DNA of 60,281 nucleotides from an uncultured Muribaculaceae bacterium (GTDB lineage Bacteria; Bacillota_I; Bacilli_A; RF39; UBA660): NCBI GenBank assembly GCA_964430695.1, contig CAYSFO010000002.1, positions 1 to 60,281 of the forward strand, read 5' to 3'. Shown piece by piece: positions 18,263 to 28,111 of this stretch (position 1 is its first letter; each line of letters starts with the position of its first letter). The notes under the pieces were generated by a model. It saw only the letters and a program-made list of their open reading frames with translations, ran no database searches and was not told where the DNA came from. The position numbers and the translations under genes were made by a program.

Positions 18263-20063
18263 TTAATTAGAATCTTTTATTATTTTTAGTAAAAATGCAA
18301 AGAAGGTTGGAAATGCAAATACATATGGAAGCGTATAGCGAAAATAGGTATTTACAGGTCCTGCCACACAAACTAAAACTAAAGATAAAGGTACAGCCAT
18401 AACCACAAGATACTTATAGTTTTTTTGAATCAATAAAACAGAAGTCATAAATAAGTAACACCAGACCATAAAACCAATATTACACAACATACCAACTATT
18501 GGAATATAAGGATACGCAAGGCCATAGCTTGATAAAGCATCACGCAAACCAGATAAGTGATTGTAATGATAATCTAACCCTACTTACTTCACTTAAACGA
18601 TTATCCTGTTTATAATAAATATACCAATTCGTTGTATTAGGATAAAAATACCCATATACTGTATTTACTGTTGCATTCAAATAGGTGTCAGGATGTTTAA
18701 AAAACATCTTAAACCAAACGTAGAAATATTTTTTTAAATCTTCGCTACTTGCATCTTTGTTAAATTTGTTTTTCACAGGATCTGAAATATTTTCTTTATA
18801 TCGATTTGCAAGTGTATCATAGTCTAATATTTTATCAATAGTTTTTTTCTCTTTTGTTGTTACTTCATCAGGATAATATTTTACATATCTTGCTGTTTGT
18901 TGAAAAGGAATAGATAACATCTCACGAATGCTTCCTTCAGTTATTTTTAAACTAGGTAAAAGTATCTTGTTATATCCTTCATAAGTCAGAAAAACAGCTA
19001 GAAATACAATAAGTATAGGCTTCCAGTTTCTTTTTAGGATAATGAATAAAAAGGGAAACGATAAACAAATTGTATAAATTCCGTTATTACGAAATAGACA
19101 AAGGATAAGCATGTTCAAAAAAAGAAGAAGATATTGTTTATATGTATAAGTATTAAATGAAACCAAATCAAAAATTTGAATACAGTATAAAACGATAAAG
19201 GCACCAAAGAGAACATCTTTTACACTAGACATGGCGTACATAGGAAAACAAGGTACAAAACAATAGATCATTAATGAAAGGAAAATTACAATTTTGTTTG
19301 TATTTATTTTTGTCATATATTTGATTGTATAAGCAAGTGTTGAAGCAAGGATTAAAATTTGTAGCAAACTATATAAAAATAAGCCAAAATTTATACTTCC
19401 TAAATTGTATCCTAGTTTGGCTAGTCCTCCTAAAAGAAGAGTATGTAAAAATGGGTGATGGTTCGTAATTACGACACTCTCATCAATTAAATTAACTCCT
19501 GTAATATAGTGTGTGGGTAATCCAAAAAACATTTTAATTTGATTGCTTGGATCGGGAGAAAGAATCGCTGGATAAAATGCAATCATATAAGGTAACCAAC
19601 AAATTAAAATGGCTATGAATGAAAAAAGAAATGGATGGCTTTCTACTAAAGAAATAATTTTAGTGAATTTTCCTTTTTTTAGATTATATTTAGAAAAAAC
19701 TATTAATTTTTCATATAGAAAACTAAGTGCTGTAGTAAATAAAAAATAGAAGCCTAAAAATTTAAAAACAGAAATAAGGATAAATAAAATATTCCCTAAA
19801 ACTAATTTGCTTGTACCAACAAGTTCATAACTATATCCAAAAATTATAAACAAAGAAAATAGTATACTTAATAAGTTTAATGCTTTGCATTTTTTTACTT
19901 TACAATTTCGATAAAAGAAAAATAAAAAAACTCCTAGTATAAAATAAGTTAAAGTGATTACATCCGTACTCGTGGTATCAATTACAGTATGTACATCTAA
20001 TTTTACTAAAATCGCAAATGCAGTAATGATTGCTTGTATTAAAGCTTTTATATTTCTTTTCAT
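18263..20063 (-). pseudogene. polytopic membrane protein (GT-C-like, DUF6020-type architecture) disrupted by a +4 frameshift
   Basis: Two adjacent ORFs (18540-20063 and 18263-18547) in different frames. Deleting one copy of the tandem ACTTACTT (18582-18589) fuses them into one ORF of about 600 aa reading ...DNRLSEVGLDYHYNHLSGLRDALSSYG... Confidence 0.65.
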
Positions 20064-20242
20064 ATTTACCCTCGATTATTAACTATTATACAACAAGATT
20101 TTCTATTTTTACACTATCTTAAATTTATTTTTACTTTATGCATTTTTATTTGTTTTTTTCAAAAAAGTATATTTGTATAACCAAAAAGGAAAGTTTGTAA
20201 ACAATTTTTTTTGCATTTTAACAAATGTTAAAAATTGGTTAT

Positions 20243-20271
20243 TTGAATTTATATTTTATTTATGATAATTT
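20243..20271 (+). promoter_or_regulatory. promoter of peptide gene A
   Basis: TTGAAT (20243-20248), 17 nt, TGaTAATTT extended -10 (20263-20271). Predicted start at G20278. Confidence 0.5.
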
Positions 20272-20334
20272 TTAATCGCGAGATGCAATGTATTGGTGTT
20301 AGCCGTTCCAAATTATTCAAGGAGGAATGGTCTA

Positions 20335-20403
20335 ATGAGTAAAAAAGATTTTTTAATCACTATCTTACTTCTGATAATTATTCTACTTATCATTTTTGGT
20401 TAG
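20335..20403 (+). CDS. 22-aa hydrophobic peptide, candidate type I toxin (copy A)
   Basis: MSKKDFLITILLLIIILLIIFG. SD AAGGAGG lies 9 nt upstream. Conserved paralogue at 46284-46352 with synonymous codon differences. Confidence 0.6.
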   Translation: MSKKDFLITILLLIIILLIIFG

Positions 20404-20417
20404 TTTAAATCTCTTTC

Positions 20418-20430
20418 GGGGGTTTTGGAA
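20418..20430 (+). repeat. GGGGGTTTTGGAA motif, copy 1 of 3
   Basis: Exact 13-mer also at 46367-46379 and 57170-57182, always on the peptide-gene strand. Confidence 0.8.
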
Positions 20431-20504
20431 TAAAAAATAGCACCATCCTTTATATGGAAGGTGCTTGCAACACAACGGCAAGCACTTATATAAGTGTCTC
20501 GCTT
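20430..20504 (-). ncRNA. candidate antitoxin sRNA A (~75 nt), antisense to the 3' UTR of peptide gene A
   Basis: Predicted start A20504 (AAGCGAGACAC...). Intrinsic terminator GCACCUUCC-N7-GGAUGGUGC (20464-20440) plus UAUUUUUUAUU. Confidence 0.5.
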
Positions 20505-20510
20505 AAGTAA

Positions 20511-20539
20511 ATAATAATGTAATTTTATATAAAAGTAAA
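20511..20539 (-). promoter_or_regulatory. promoter of sRNA A
   Basis: Minus strand TTTACT (20539-20534), 17 nt, TATTAT (20516-20511). Confidence 0.5.
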
Positions 20540-20569
20540 GAACTTTTTTCAAACAGTTCTTATTTTTTA
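20538..20569. terminator. bidirectional terminator (GT2 gene on minus strand, peptide mRNA on plus strand)
   Basis: AAGAACT-N10-AGTTCTT with a T-run on the plus strand and a U-rich tract on the minus strand. Overlaps the stop codon of the gene at 20560. Confidence 0.5.
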
Positions 20570-21519
20570 TCTTCTTCTGTTTCTTTAATAATGTATATTG
20601 GTCTTTTCTTGGTTTCTAAATAGGTTTTCGATAAATATTCACCAATAATTCCAATACAAAATAACTGGATTCCACTTACCATAAAAATAATACAAATCAT
20701 GGAAGGCCAACCACTCGTTGGATCTCCAAAAATTAGTGTTTTCATAATAATAAATAGAATCATAATAAAAGCAATGATACAAAATAAGATTCCGAGAATG
20801 GCTGCCATGGTTAAAGGAATGGTTGAAAAAGCTACAATTCCTTCTATGGCATATTTAAATAAGCTAAAGAAAGACCAGCTTGTTTCTCCTGCTACGCGCT
20901 CTACATTTTCATATTCTAACCATTTCGTATTAAATCCGACAAAACCAAATAATCCTTTGGAAAAGCGATTGTATTCTTTAAATTGTAAGATGGCATCGAC
21001 AACAATACGTTTCATTAAACGATAGTCTCTTGCACCATCTACTAGTTCTACATTCGACATTTTATTAATTACTTTATAAAACATACGCGCAAAAAAACTA
21101 CGAATCGGTGGTTCTCCTTTTCTGGTTACTCTTCTTGTCGCAATACAGTCATACTCTTGCTCTTCGTCTTTTAATAAATCTAGCATTTGTGGAAGCAATT
21201 CTGGTGGATCTTGTAAATCTGCATCCATTAGTGCAACATAATCCCCTTTGGCATACTCTAAACCGGCGAACATGGCTGCTTCTTTGCCAAAATTACGCGA
21301 AAAAGAAAGATATCGAACTCTTTTATCTATTTCTCGTAACTTTTTTATTTCTTTTAATGTATAATCTTCACTTCCATCATTTATGAAAATAAGTTCCATA
21401 TTTATTTTTTTTAGTCCTTTAAATACTTTATTAATTTCTTTATAAAATAAAGGAATTGCTTTTTCTTCATTGTAACAAGATACGATAATACTAACAGTTT
21501 CTTTTTTCAAAATAATCAC
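20560..21519 (-). CDS. GT2 polyprenyl-phosphate glycosyltransferase (GtrB/CsbB-like)
   Basis: 319 aa. VSIIVSCYNEE...INDGSEDYT...DADLQDPPE motifs plus two C-terminal TM helices. Confidence 0.85.
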   Translation of the reverse strand: MIILKKETVSIIVSCYNEEKAIPLFYKEINKVFKGLKKINMELIFINDGSEDYTLKEIKKLREIDKRVRYLSFSRNFGKEAAMFAGLEYAKGDYVALMDADLQDPPELLPQMLDLLKDEEQEYDCIATRRVTRKGEPPIRSFFARMFYKVINKMSNVELVDGARDYRLMKRIVVDAILQFKEYNRFSKGLFGFVGFNTKWLEYENVERVAGETSWSFFSLFKYAIEGIVAFSTIPLTMAAILGILFCIIAFIMILFIIMKTLIFGDPTSGWPSMICIIFMVSGIQLFCIGIIGEYLSKTYLETKKRPIYIIKETEEDKK

Positions 21520-23173
21520 CTCTTTTAAAAATCAGATAAAACAACCATCCTAAGATTGTTACTAAACTAACTGCATTTCCACATCTAGCTAGTTTCGTAT
21601 TCGTGTAAGTAACTTCAATTGTTGCCTCTTCATCAACTTTGATTTCTATAAAGCCATTCTTATTTTCATAATAAGAAAGTTCTCTTTTTTCTCCTTGTTC
21701 ATTTGTAGCTACAATCGTATAGCCTAAATAATAAAGTCTTGGTAGTTCCAATGTTGCTTTTTCAACATTTGTAACTTTAAAAGTTAAATTTGGTGTTTTA
21801 TTTTCTAGTATTTCAATACTTGCATTTCCTGATATAACAGCAATATTTTCATCACGGTTATCAAAATATTTAATATTATTCTTCGTATTTACAGGCAAAT
21901 ACTCTTTTTGCCACCCCATCCCATATTTTGATAGATCATAATCTTTTTCACTTATATATTTGAATGTTTGGTTTGTTAAACAGAAAATACTTATTAATAT
22001 GCAAGAAAGTACACTTAATCGAATGAATAATTTTTGTTTTTCTTTACTAATATTTAAAGCATAGTAACTTAGTAGACTTAATCCGAATGCGGTAAGAGAC
22101 CCAAGACGCCATGGAAACTGAATTAGTAAAAAGAAATTAGGCATTATAAACCAAGGAAATAATAAAGAAGACATCCAAATACCTAAAAAAGTAAATACGA
22201 TTCCTGTAATTATCCAAAAATCTTTTTTTATTTTCTTCTCTTTTTTGAGTTTTCGTAACAGAAAAATAGCTAAACCGAAAGCAACTAAATTTAAAAAATG
22301 ATATCCAATTTCTTTTGCTCCACCAATTAGAAATTGATAGCTTAAACCATGGCCATAAACACCAAAACGATTTGACATGGCATTTTTAGAAAATACGACA
22401 TAAGAGCCATTAAATTTATGTGTTAATAATGGAATGATAAATGGTAGACAAATGAAAATGACTATAAGAGTGGCTATGATAAAACTTTTTATCGTTTTTT
22501 TATTCCAAATTGTTTTCAAATTTAGTAAAAGAACAATTGCTAAAAAAATAGTAAAATAAATCGTCATTATTAAGTGGGTATTGATTAAACCCACATATCC
22601 AATTACAAAATAAAAATAAAACTTTTTATCTTCTTTATTTAACAAATAATAAATTCCTAAAAAGATAAGAGGGATAAAAATAAAGACAAAAGACTCTGCA
22701 ATGGCATCTCTTACTAAATAGTCGTATATTTTATAAGAGGCAGTCATGTAAAATAAAGATGAGATGAAAGATAATTTCTTATTTTTAGTAATAGTCTTTA
22801 TTAATTTATACATGAGAGCATTCGATATAAATATGCAGAAAAAATCCGTAATTTTGATAGCAGTGATCACGTTTAATCCAAACGGTTTTATGAGCAGATA
22901 GATAATACTTGCTGTTATATGAGCCAATTGGGGATAAAAGATTCCTGCTCCATATCCAAAATTATGGGCAATCATCGGAAATATTTTTAAGTTTAATAGA
23001 TTGTGATAACTTAAGTTATCACTTATAGCTAATATATTAGCTATATGATATCCCGTATCATGTCCTCGAAAATAGAGAGAACTTAATAAAGGACACATCA
23101 ATAATAAAGAAATTAAAAATATTAAACAATACGATTTATCTATTTTTTGAAATCCTTCTTTTATTCGATTCAT
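21491..23173 (-). CDS. polytopic membrane protein, probable GT-C-type extracytoplasmic glycosyltransferase (YfhO/COG5617-like)
   Basis: 560 aa with many TM helices, N-terminal RGHDTGYH motif and a C-terminal soluble domain. 29-nt overlap with the GtrB-like gene, as in csbB-yfhO-type pairs. Confidence 0.55.
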   Translation of the reverse strand: MNRIKEGFQKIDKSYCLIFLISLLLMCPLLSSLYFRGHDTGYHIANILAISDNLSYHNLLNLKIFPMIAHNFGYGAGIFYPQLAHITASIIYLLIKPFGLNVITAIKITDFFCIFISNALMYKLIKTITKNKKLSFISSLFYMTASYKIYDYLVRDAIAESFVFIFIPLIFLGIYYLLNKEDKKFYFYFVIGYVGLINTHLIMTIYFTIFLAIVLLLNLKTIWNKKTIKSFIIATLIVIFICLPFIIPLLTHKFNGSYVVFSKNAMSNRFGVYGHGLSYQFLIGGAKEIGYHFLNLVAFGLAIFLLRKLKKEKKIKKDFWIITGIVFTFLGIWMSSLLFPWFIMPNFFLLIQFPWRLGSLTAFGLSLLSYYALNISKEKQKLFIRLSVLSCILISIFCLTNQTFKYISEKDYDLSKYGMGWQKEYLPVNTKNNIKYFDNRDENIAVISGNASIEILENKTPNLTFKVTNVEKATLELPRLYYLGYTIVATNEQGEKRELSYYENKNGFIEIKVDEEATIEVTYTNTKLARCGNAVSLVTILGWLFYLIFKRGDYFEKRNC

Positions 23174-23283
23174 TTTAACCCTTCATTTCTTTTGCTATTA
23201 TACCATACTCCCTATGTAATTTCTATCTTATGTCATTCTCCTAGAATAATGCATTTTTATAAATTGTATCTTTTCATTCAAAA

Positions 23284-23316
23284 ACTAAAAAACATCCTAT
23301 TTTTTGATTGGACGTT
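23284..23316 (-). terminator. intrinsic terminator after the GT2 gene at 23323
   Basis: AACGUCC-N12-GGAUGUU (one G-U pair) followed by UUUUUAG. A TGgTATAAT extended -10 lies downstream for the next gene. Confidence 0.45.
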
Positions 23317-23322
23317 TAAATT

Positions 23323-24261
23323 TTATTCTCTATTTTTATGAATTGTATTTAAATATAATTCGTATCTTTGATGATCTTTTTTTACAATTACCTGTAAAAT
23401 AATTCCACACATTAAAGATAATATTGCAGTTAATAATACAAAACATCCAACAATTAACGTCGGAAATCTTAAAACGAGTCCTGTTTTAAAATACTCTATA
23501 AAGATAGGTATCATTAAGATGAATGATATAATCACTAGGATAACTGAAATAAAGCCAAAGAAATCCATTGGTTTGTATTCTTTAAATAACGTTCCTATTG
23601 TTTTTAAAACTTTCATTCCATCAGAATAGGTATTTAATTTGGATACACTTCCTTTTGGTCTATCACGATACGTCACAGGAATTTCAATAATTTTAAAGTT
23701 TTTATCTACGGCATGGATAGTCATTTCCGTTTCTATTTCAAATCCTTTAGATAAAACAGGAAACCCTTTTACGAATGCATAGCTAAAGGCACGATACCCT
23801 GTCATGATATCTTTTATTTCATTATGAAATAAATTATTAATTAAAAAGCGTACGATTCGATTCCCAAAGTTATGGAATGCTCTTTTATTTTCTGTAAAAT
23901 AGGTGCTTGATAAGCGGTCTCCTACTACCATATCGGCTTGTTCTGAAAGGATAAAATCACACATACGTCTTGCATCTTCAGCAGGATATGTATCATCGCC
24001 ATCAATCATGAGATAACAATCGGCTTCTATTTCGCGAAACATTGTTCTTATTACGTTTCCTTTTCCTTGACGGTATTCATGTCTTACAATTGCTCCTGCT
24101 TTTTCGGCAATTTTTCCAGAGTTATCTGTTGAATTATTATCATATACATAAATGTCTGCTTCTGGTAAAGCCTTCTTGTAATCCTTAACTACTTTTTCAA
24201 TTGTTTTTGCTTCATTATAGCAAGGAATTAACACTGCTATTTTTTTATTATTTTTTCTCAT
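23323..24261 (-). CDS. GT2 polyprenyl-phosphate glycosyltransferase (GtrB/DPM1-like), second copy
   Basis: 312 aa. IAVLIPCYNEAKTI...YDNNSTDNS...DGDDTYP motifs plus C-terminal TM helices. Confidence 0.85.
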   Translation of the reverse strand: MRKNNKKIAVLIPCYNEAKTIEKVVKDYKKALPEADIYVYDNNSTDNSGKIAEKAGAIVRHEYRQGKGNVIRTMFREIEADCYLMIDGDDTYPAEDARRMCDFILSEQADMVVGDRLSSTYFTENKRAFHNFGNRIVRFLINNLFHNEIKDIMTGYRAFSYAFVKGFPVLSKGFEIETEMTIHAVDKNFKIIEIPVTYRDRPKGSVSKLNTYSDGMKVLKTIGTLFKEYKPMDFFGFISVILVIISFILMIPIFIEYFKTGLVLRFPTLIVGCFVLLTAILSLMCGIILQVIVKKDHQRYELYLNTIHKNRE

Positions 24262-24390
24262 ATTTACACCATTTTCTCAATTAGGATTCTTTCTTATTTA
24301 AATCTTTTTGTATGGCATCAAGTTCTTTTTTCAAAATTATAACACACAATAAACTTTACTTGCAAACTTCCTCGTTTTCTCTCTTAATCT

Positions 24391-25176
24391 CTACTCTACT
24401 TTTGTATTATTTGATTTTTCACTATTACGGTACAATTTTGTTATTATTTTAGCAAAACATTTTAGCCAAAACTTACAGTAAATATCATAATCTTCTTTTG
24501 TTCGAATTCCATTATTAATAATATCTGTCGTTGTTGATTCTTCTGAAATGCGGTGACCCATCAATTTATGTTTAATAAAAATAAACTGTCCTTTTCTTTT
24601 ACTCAACTTTTCCCAAGCAAACCAATCAACATTGCATTTGTAATTGGATTTAAAGACTTCTTGTGGACAATTTTTCTTTACAAAACTCACTGTTGGACAA
24701 GAAATGCCATTTCCAAATCTTATTCCCCATCTTTTCCAAAAAACAAATTTTCCTAAATACTTACATCGTAAAGGAAATAATAAGATTCTTTTGATGATTA
24801 GATTTACATTGGAATACACTTTTTTGTCATTTCGAATCTCATAATAATCCGTAAAGATTATACTTGCGTTTTTATACTTTTGATATGCTTCTACTATATT
24901 TTTACTATAATTATAATCATAGATATCGTCTTGGTGGGCAATTGTTACTATTTCTGTGTCACCAGTGTTTAAAGCAAAATCAAAATCTCCACCAATATTT
25001 GTATGTTTTCCAACAACCACTTCCAAGTTGTATTTCTTGGCTATTTTTCGAATAAAGGCATTATCTGTTGTTGTAGCAATAACAATTTTACTTTTATACT
25101 GTTGGTTTATTGTTGATTTAATACATTCTTCTAAATATTGCGATTCTTTATAAGCTAAAACAACAAATGTGTGCAT
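24391..25176 (-). CDS. GT2 family glycosyltransferase
   Basis: Start set at MHTFVVLAYKESQYLEECIKS (GAAGGAG SD). N-terminal Rossmann-like GT-A pattern. Confidence 0.7.
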   Translation of the reverse strand: MHTFVVLAYKESQYLEECIKSTINQQYKSKIVIATTTDNAFIRKIAKKYNLEVVVGKHTNIGGDFDFALNTGDTEIVTIAHQDDIYDYNYSKNIVEAYQKYKNASIIFTDYYEIRNDKKVYSNVNLIIKRILLFPLRCKYLGKFVFWKRWGIRFGNGISCPTVSFVKKNCPQEVFKSNYKCNVDWFAWEKLSKRKGQFIFIKHKLMGHRISEESTTTDIINNGIRTKEDYDIYCKFWLKCFAKIITKLYRNSEKSNNTKVE

Positions 25177-25224
25177 CTTTTCTCCTTCTTTCTTCTTTAT
25201 TTTAAATACATCTTTCATTTTTTT

Positions 25225-26763
25225 TTATTCTTTCATTTCTTTTTTACTAAAAAATTGCTTTACAAACTGGATTAAAAATTGATATTCCTCTCGTCTATAA
25301 AATAGTAGGGTTACGCTTAGTAAATATAGGAGTGTAATCAGTATTCCTTCTATTATTAATGATATTATACTTACAGACAAGTTTAAATAACGAAAAAGAT
25401 TCCAGGTAATTATGTACATAATTGTAAGTGTAATTATATATTTTATTTGGTCTAAAAAATAATTTTTATTTTGTTGCTTAAATATATATTTATATAAAAT
25501 ATAAGGTTTGTTCCAAAATACAGTAGTAATATAGCTAATGGAAGTTCCTATTAAGATTCCATAAATTCCCCAAACATTTCCTAAAATAATGGATACTAAA
25601 ATATTGATAATGGCTTGTATGATAGGGATATATTTGTCTTTTTTATAGAAACCTTTTGCTTGTTTTATCGTATCAAGAGGAAGTTGGTTACAAATAAAAT
25701 AAAAATTGATACAAATAATTATCATTGCTGTAAATGGTAAAATGTATTTTTCTCCTAACCATACTTGGATAAAAGGATTTATTAAATTTAAAAAACATAA
25801 CGTAACATAGCCAGTTACTAGAAAACTAATAAAAGTCATTATTTTAAAGACATTCATTTCCGCTTCTTTATTTTTTTCAACCGCTAAATTGCCAAAACTT
25901 GCTGTTAAACCATCAAATAGTCTTGCTATTATTGTTTTTAAAATCGTTGTTATGGATAAATAATTTGTATATATACCTACTGTGGCGACATTAATGATGG
26001 AAGAAATGATTATATTATCTGTCGAATTTATGGCATATTCCCCAATTTTGATACAGAATAAGCCGAATATATTCGTCTTTATTTTAGAGATTTCTGCTGG
26101 AGACAGTCTTTCTTTTGAATGAAAATCTACATCCGGATAATATTTGGTTATAAAGCGATTCACAAAAATCCAATTTATTATTCTCGAACAAACCATAATG
26201 ATTAAATATAAAATATAATTCGGATAAAACCATAATAATATAAATTGTAATACATAAATCAAATTATTAAAAAAACAATTATATTTAAATATTTTATAAT
26301 TTTTTTGGTCTGCTGTTAGTAAAACTTCTTTATAGGAAATAAAATATAAAGAGACTGTATTGATTAAATAGATAAGATAAACAAGATATAGATAACTATA
26401 ATTTACATCTCCTACTATTTTTTTTAAAAACAAAAGTAAAATTAACCCAACGAAAAGAACAAAATAGCCAATCGAATGATAAACTTTTTTATAAAAATAC
26501 ATATAGGCATTTATTTTTTTTATCTTATTCTCTGCAAGTGGCTTATACAAACAATAATTTATAGCAGTACTTATTCCTAATTCAGCTAAGGATAAAGCAG
26601 ACAGAATATTAATTAATAAACTATCTAATCCTAATAATTCGGCTCCTAATTTTTTTATAAATAACGTTCTTACCGCAAAAGAAAATAATGCTTGTAAAAT
26701 ATAGATAGTCATATTTGCGGAAATATTTAATCTGGAATTTCTTATTCGATTTGTTTCAACCAT
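25225..26763 (-). CDS. wzx: Wzx-type oligosaccharide flippase (MOP superfamily)
   Basis: 512 aa, about 12-14 TM helices. N-terminal ...FSFAVRTLFIKKLGAELLGLDSLLINIL... pattern of polysaccharide biosynthesis flippases. Confidence 0.75.
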   Translation of the reverse strand: MVETNRIRNSRLNISANMTIYILQALFSFAVRTLFIKKLGAELLGLDSLLINILSALSLAELGISTAINYCLYKPLAENKIKKINAYMYFYKKVYHSIGYFVLFVGLILLLFLKKIVGDVNYSYLYLVYLIYLINTVSLYFISYKEVLLTADQKNYKIFKYNCFFNNLIYVLQFILLWFYPNYILYLIIMVCSRIINWIFVNRFITKYYPDVDFHSKERLSPAEISKIKTNIFGLFCIKIGEYAINSTDNIIISSIINVATVGIYTNYLSITTILKTIIARLFDGLTASFGNLAVEKNKEAEMNVFKIMTFISFLVTGYVTLCFLNLINPFIQVWLGEKYILPFTAMIIICINFYFICNQLPLDTIKQAKGFYKKDKYIPIIQAIINILVSIILGNVWGIYGILIGTSISYITTVFWNKPYILYKYIFKQQNKNYFLDQIKYIITLTIMYIITWNLFRYLNLSVSIISLIIEGILITLLYLLSVTLLFYRREEYQFLIQFVKQFFSKKEMKE

Positions 26764-26799
26764 TTGTACTCCTTTTTTATACTTGTGATTCTTTCACAA

Positions 26800-27753
26800 C
26801 TATCCTTTGCAATATATTTTACTAAATAATTTAACACATTTCAATTTGATAATCATTGTAAATATTCTAACTGGTAATTTGTATTTTAACAATTCTCCTT
26901 TTGGCATGTTTACATTTACATTCTCTTTTTCTTTTAACCATGCATATAAACGATCGTATTCGCTGATAAATTTTTCACTTGTTGCCTCATGTCCTGAAAA
27001 TAATAAATACCATATACAATAACGGTAAATATAGTAGCGTATATTTTCTGATTCGTTTGAAGATTCTTCTTTTAATTCCCATAATTTATTCATTAAAACT
27101 AAGATATCGATTCCTTCTTTAAATCCTTTTTGAGAAGTATTGGATATAGAAGAATTGTTATAGAACCAGTTGTAACCGATATAATTAAACGTTGTTATTT
27201 TAAAATTTTTTGCATATAGACAGAGGGAAAAGTAAACATCTTCTCCTATTCCATAGTCCAAAAATTCTGCTTTACTTTTTATAAGCACTTCTCTTTTGTA
27301 TATTTTAGCCCAAGGGGCAACAACAATATATTTTGCCCACTTTGAATCTTTAGGAGCTGTTTTAAATAGAACTTTTTCCTCATTCACTCTTTTGTAACCA
27401 CCGATGACTATATCTGCTTTTCTTTCTTTTATTTCTGTGACATACTTTTCAATATAATTGCTATCTATATAATCATCATTATCTATAAACATTACATATT
27501 TCCCGGTTGTTAAAGAAATTGCTTTATTTCTTGTTTTGGCAACACCATTATTTTGCTGCGAAAATACTTTTATAAAACTATAGTTTGTTTTATATTCTTT
27601 TAATATGTTTAGAGACTTGTCTTTTGAGCCATCATCAATAGCAATGACTTCTACATTTTTATAAGTTTGATTCACTATACTATCTAAACATCTTTTTATA
27701 TAGTTTTCAGAATTATAAACAGGGATAATAATGGATACTTTCTCTTCTTTCAT
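26800..27753 (-). CDS. GT2 family glycosyltransferase
   Basis: VSIIIPVYNSENYIKRCLDSIVNQTY...IDDGSKDKS...IDNDD motifs. Confidence 0.85.
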   Translation of the reverse strand: MKEEKVSIIIPVYNSENYIKRCLDSIVNQTYKNVEVIAIDDGSKDKSLNILKEYKTNYSFIKVFSQQNNGVAKTRNKAISLTTGKYVMFIDNDDYIDSNYIEKYVTEIKERKADIVIGGYKRVNEEKVLFKTAPKDSKWAKYIVVAPWAKIYKREVLIKSKAEFLDYGIGEDVYFSLCLYAKNFKITTFNYIGYNWFYNNSSISNTSQKGFKEGIDILVLMNKLWELKEESSNESENIRYYIYRYCIWYLLFSGHEATSEKFISEYDRLYAWLKEKENVNVNMPKGELLKYKLPVRIFTMIIKLKCVKLFSKIYCKG

Positions 27754-27772
27754 AACACACTCTCCCACTCTT

Positions 27773-28111
27773 TTACTTTTTTATATCTTGCTTTAGTAAA
27801 GATACTTCTTGCATTAAAAGAGTGATTCTTCTTTTTTGGTCTGAGATAATAATAGTTAATAAAAGTGTAATAATTAAAAGCATTCCTACAATTATTCCAA
27901 TCACTAAACTTGCTGTGGTTTCAAAACCAGCGAGTCTTGTAAAAATAGCAATGAAGCCTGGAACAGCCCCTACTAAGAAGATGGTTAGGGTACAAACTAA
28001 CCAAAATAAAGAATATTTAATAGGTAATTTATTTTTAGAGACTAACATAAGGATAAAAACAGTTAATAAAAAACCAATACACATTAACAATACTCTTAAA
28101 TTAATACTCAT
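27773..28111 (-). CDS. DUF2304-type small membrane protein
   Basis: Start set at the ATG at 28111, which overlaps the upstream stop (ATGA). 112 aa with 3-4 TM helices and a C-terminal charged helix. This family typically follows DPM1-like GT2 genes. Confidence 0.6.
   Translation of the reverse strand: MSINLRVLLMCIGFLLTVFILMLVSKNKLPIKYSLFWLVCTLTIFLVGAVPGFIAIFTRLAGFETTASLVIGIIVGMLLIITLLLTIIISDQKRRITLLMQEVSLLKQDIKK

Noticed and set aside
20454-20510. 18-codon ORF (MEGACNTTASTYISVSLK) in the 3' UTR of peptide gene A
   Set aside because: It has no SD and no counterpart in module B, which has no ATG at that position. It lies inside the predicted sRNA-complementary hairpins.
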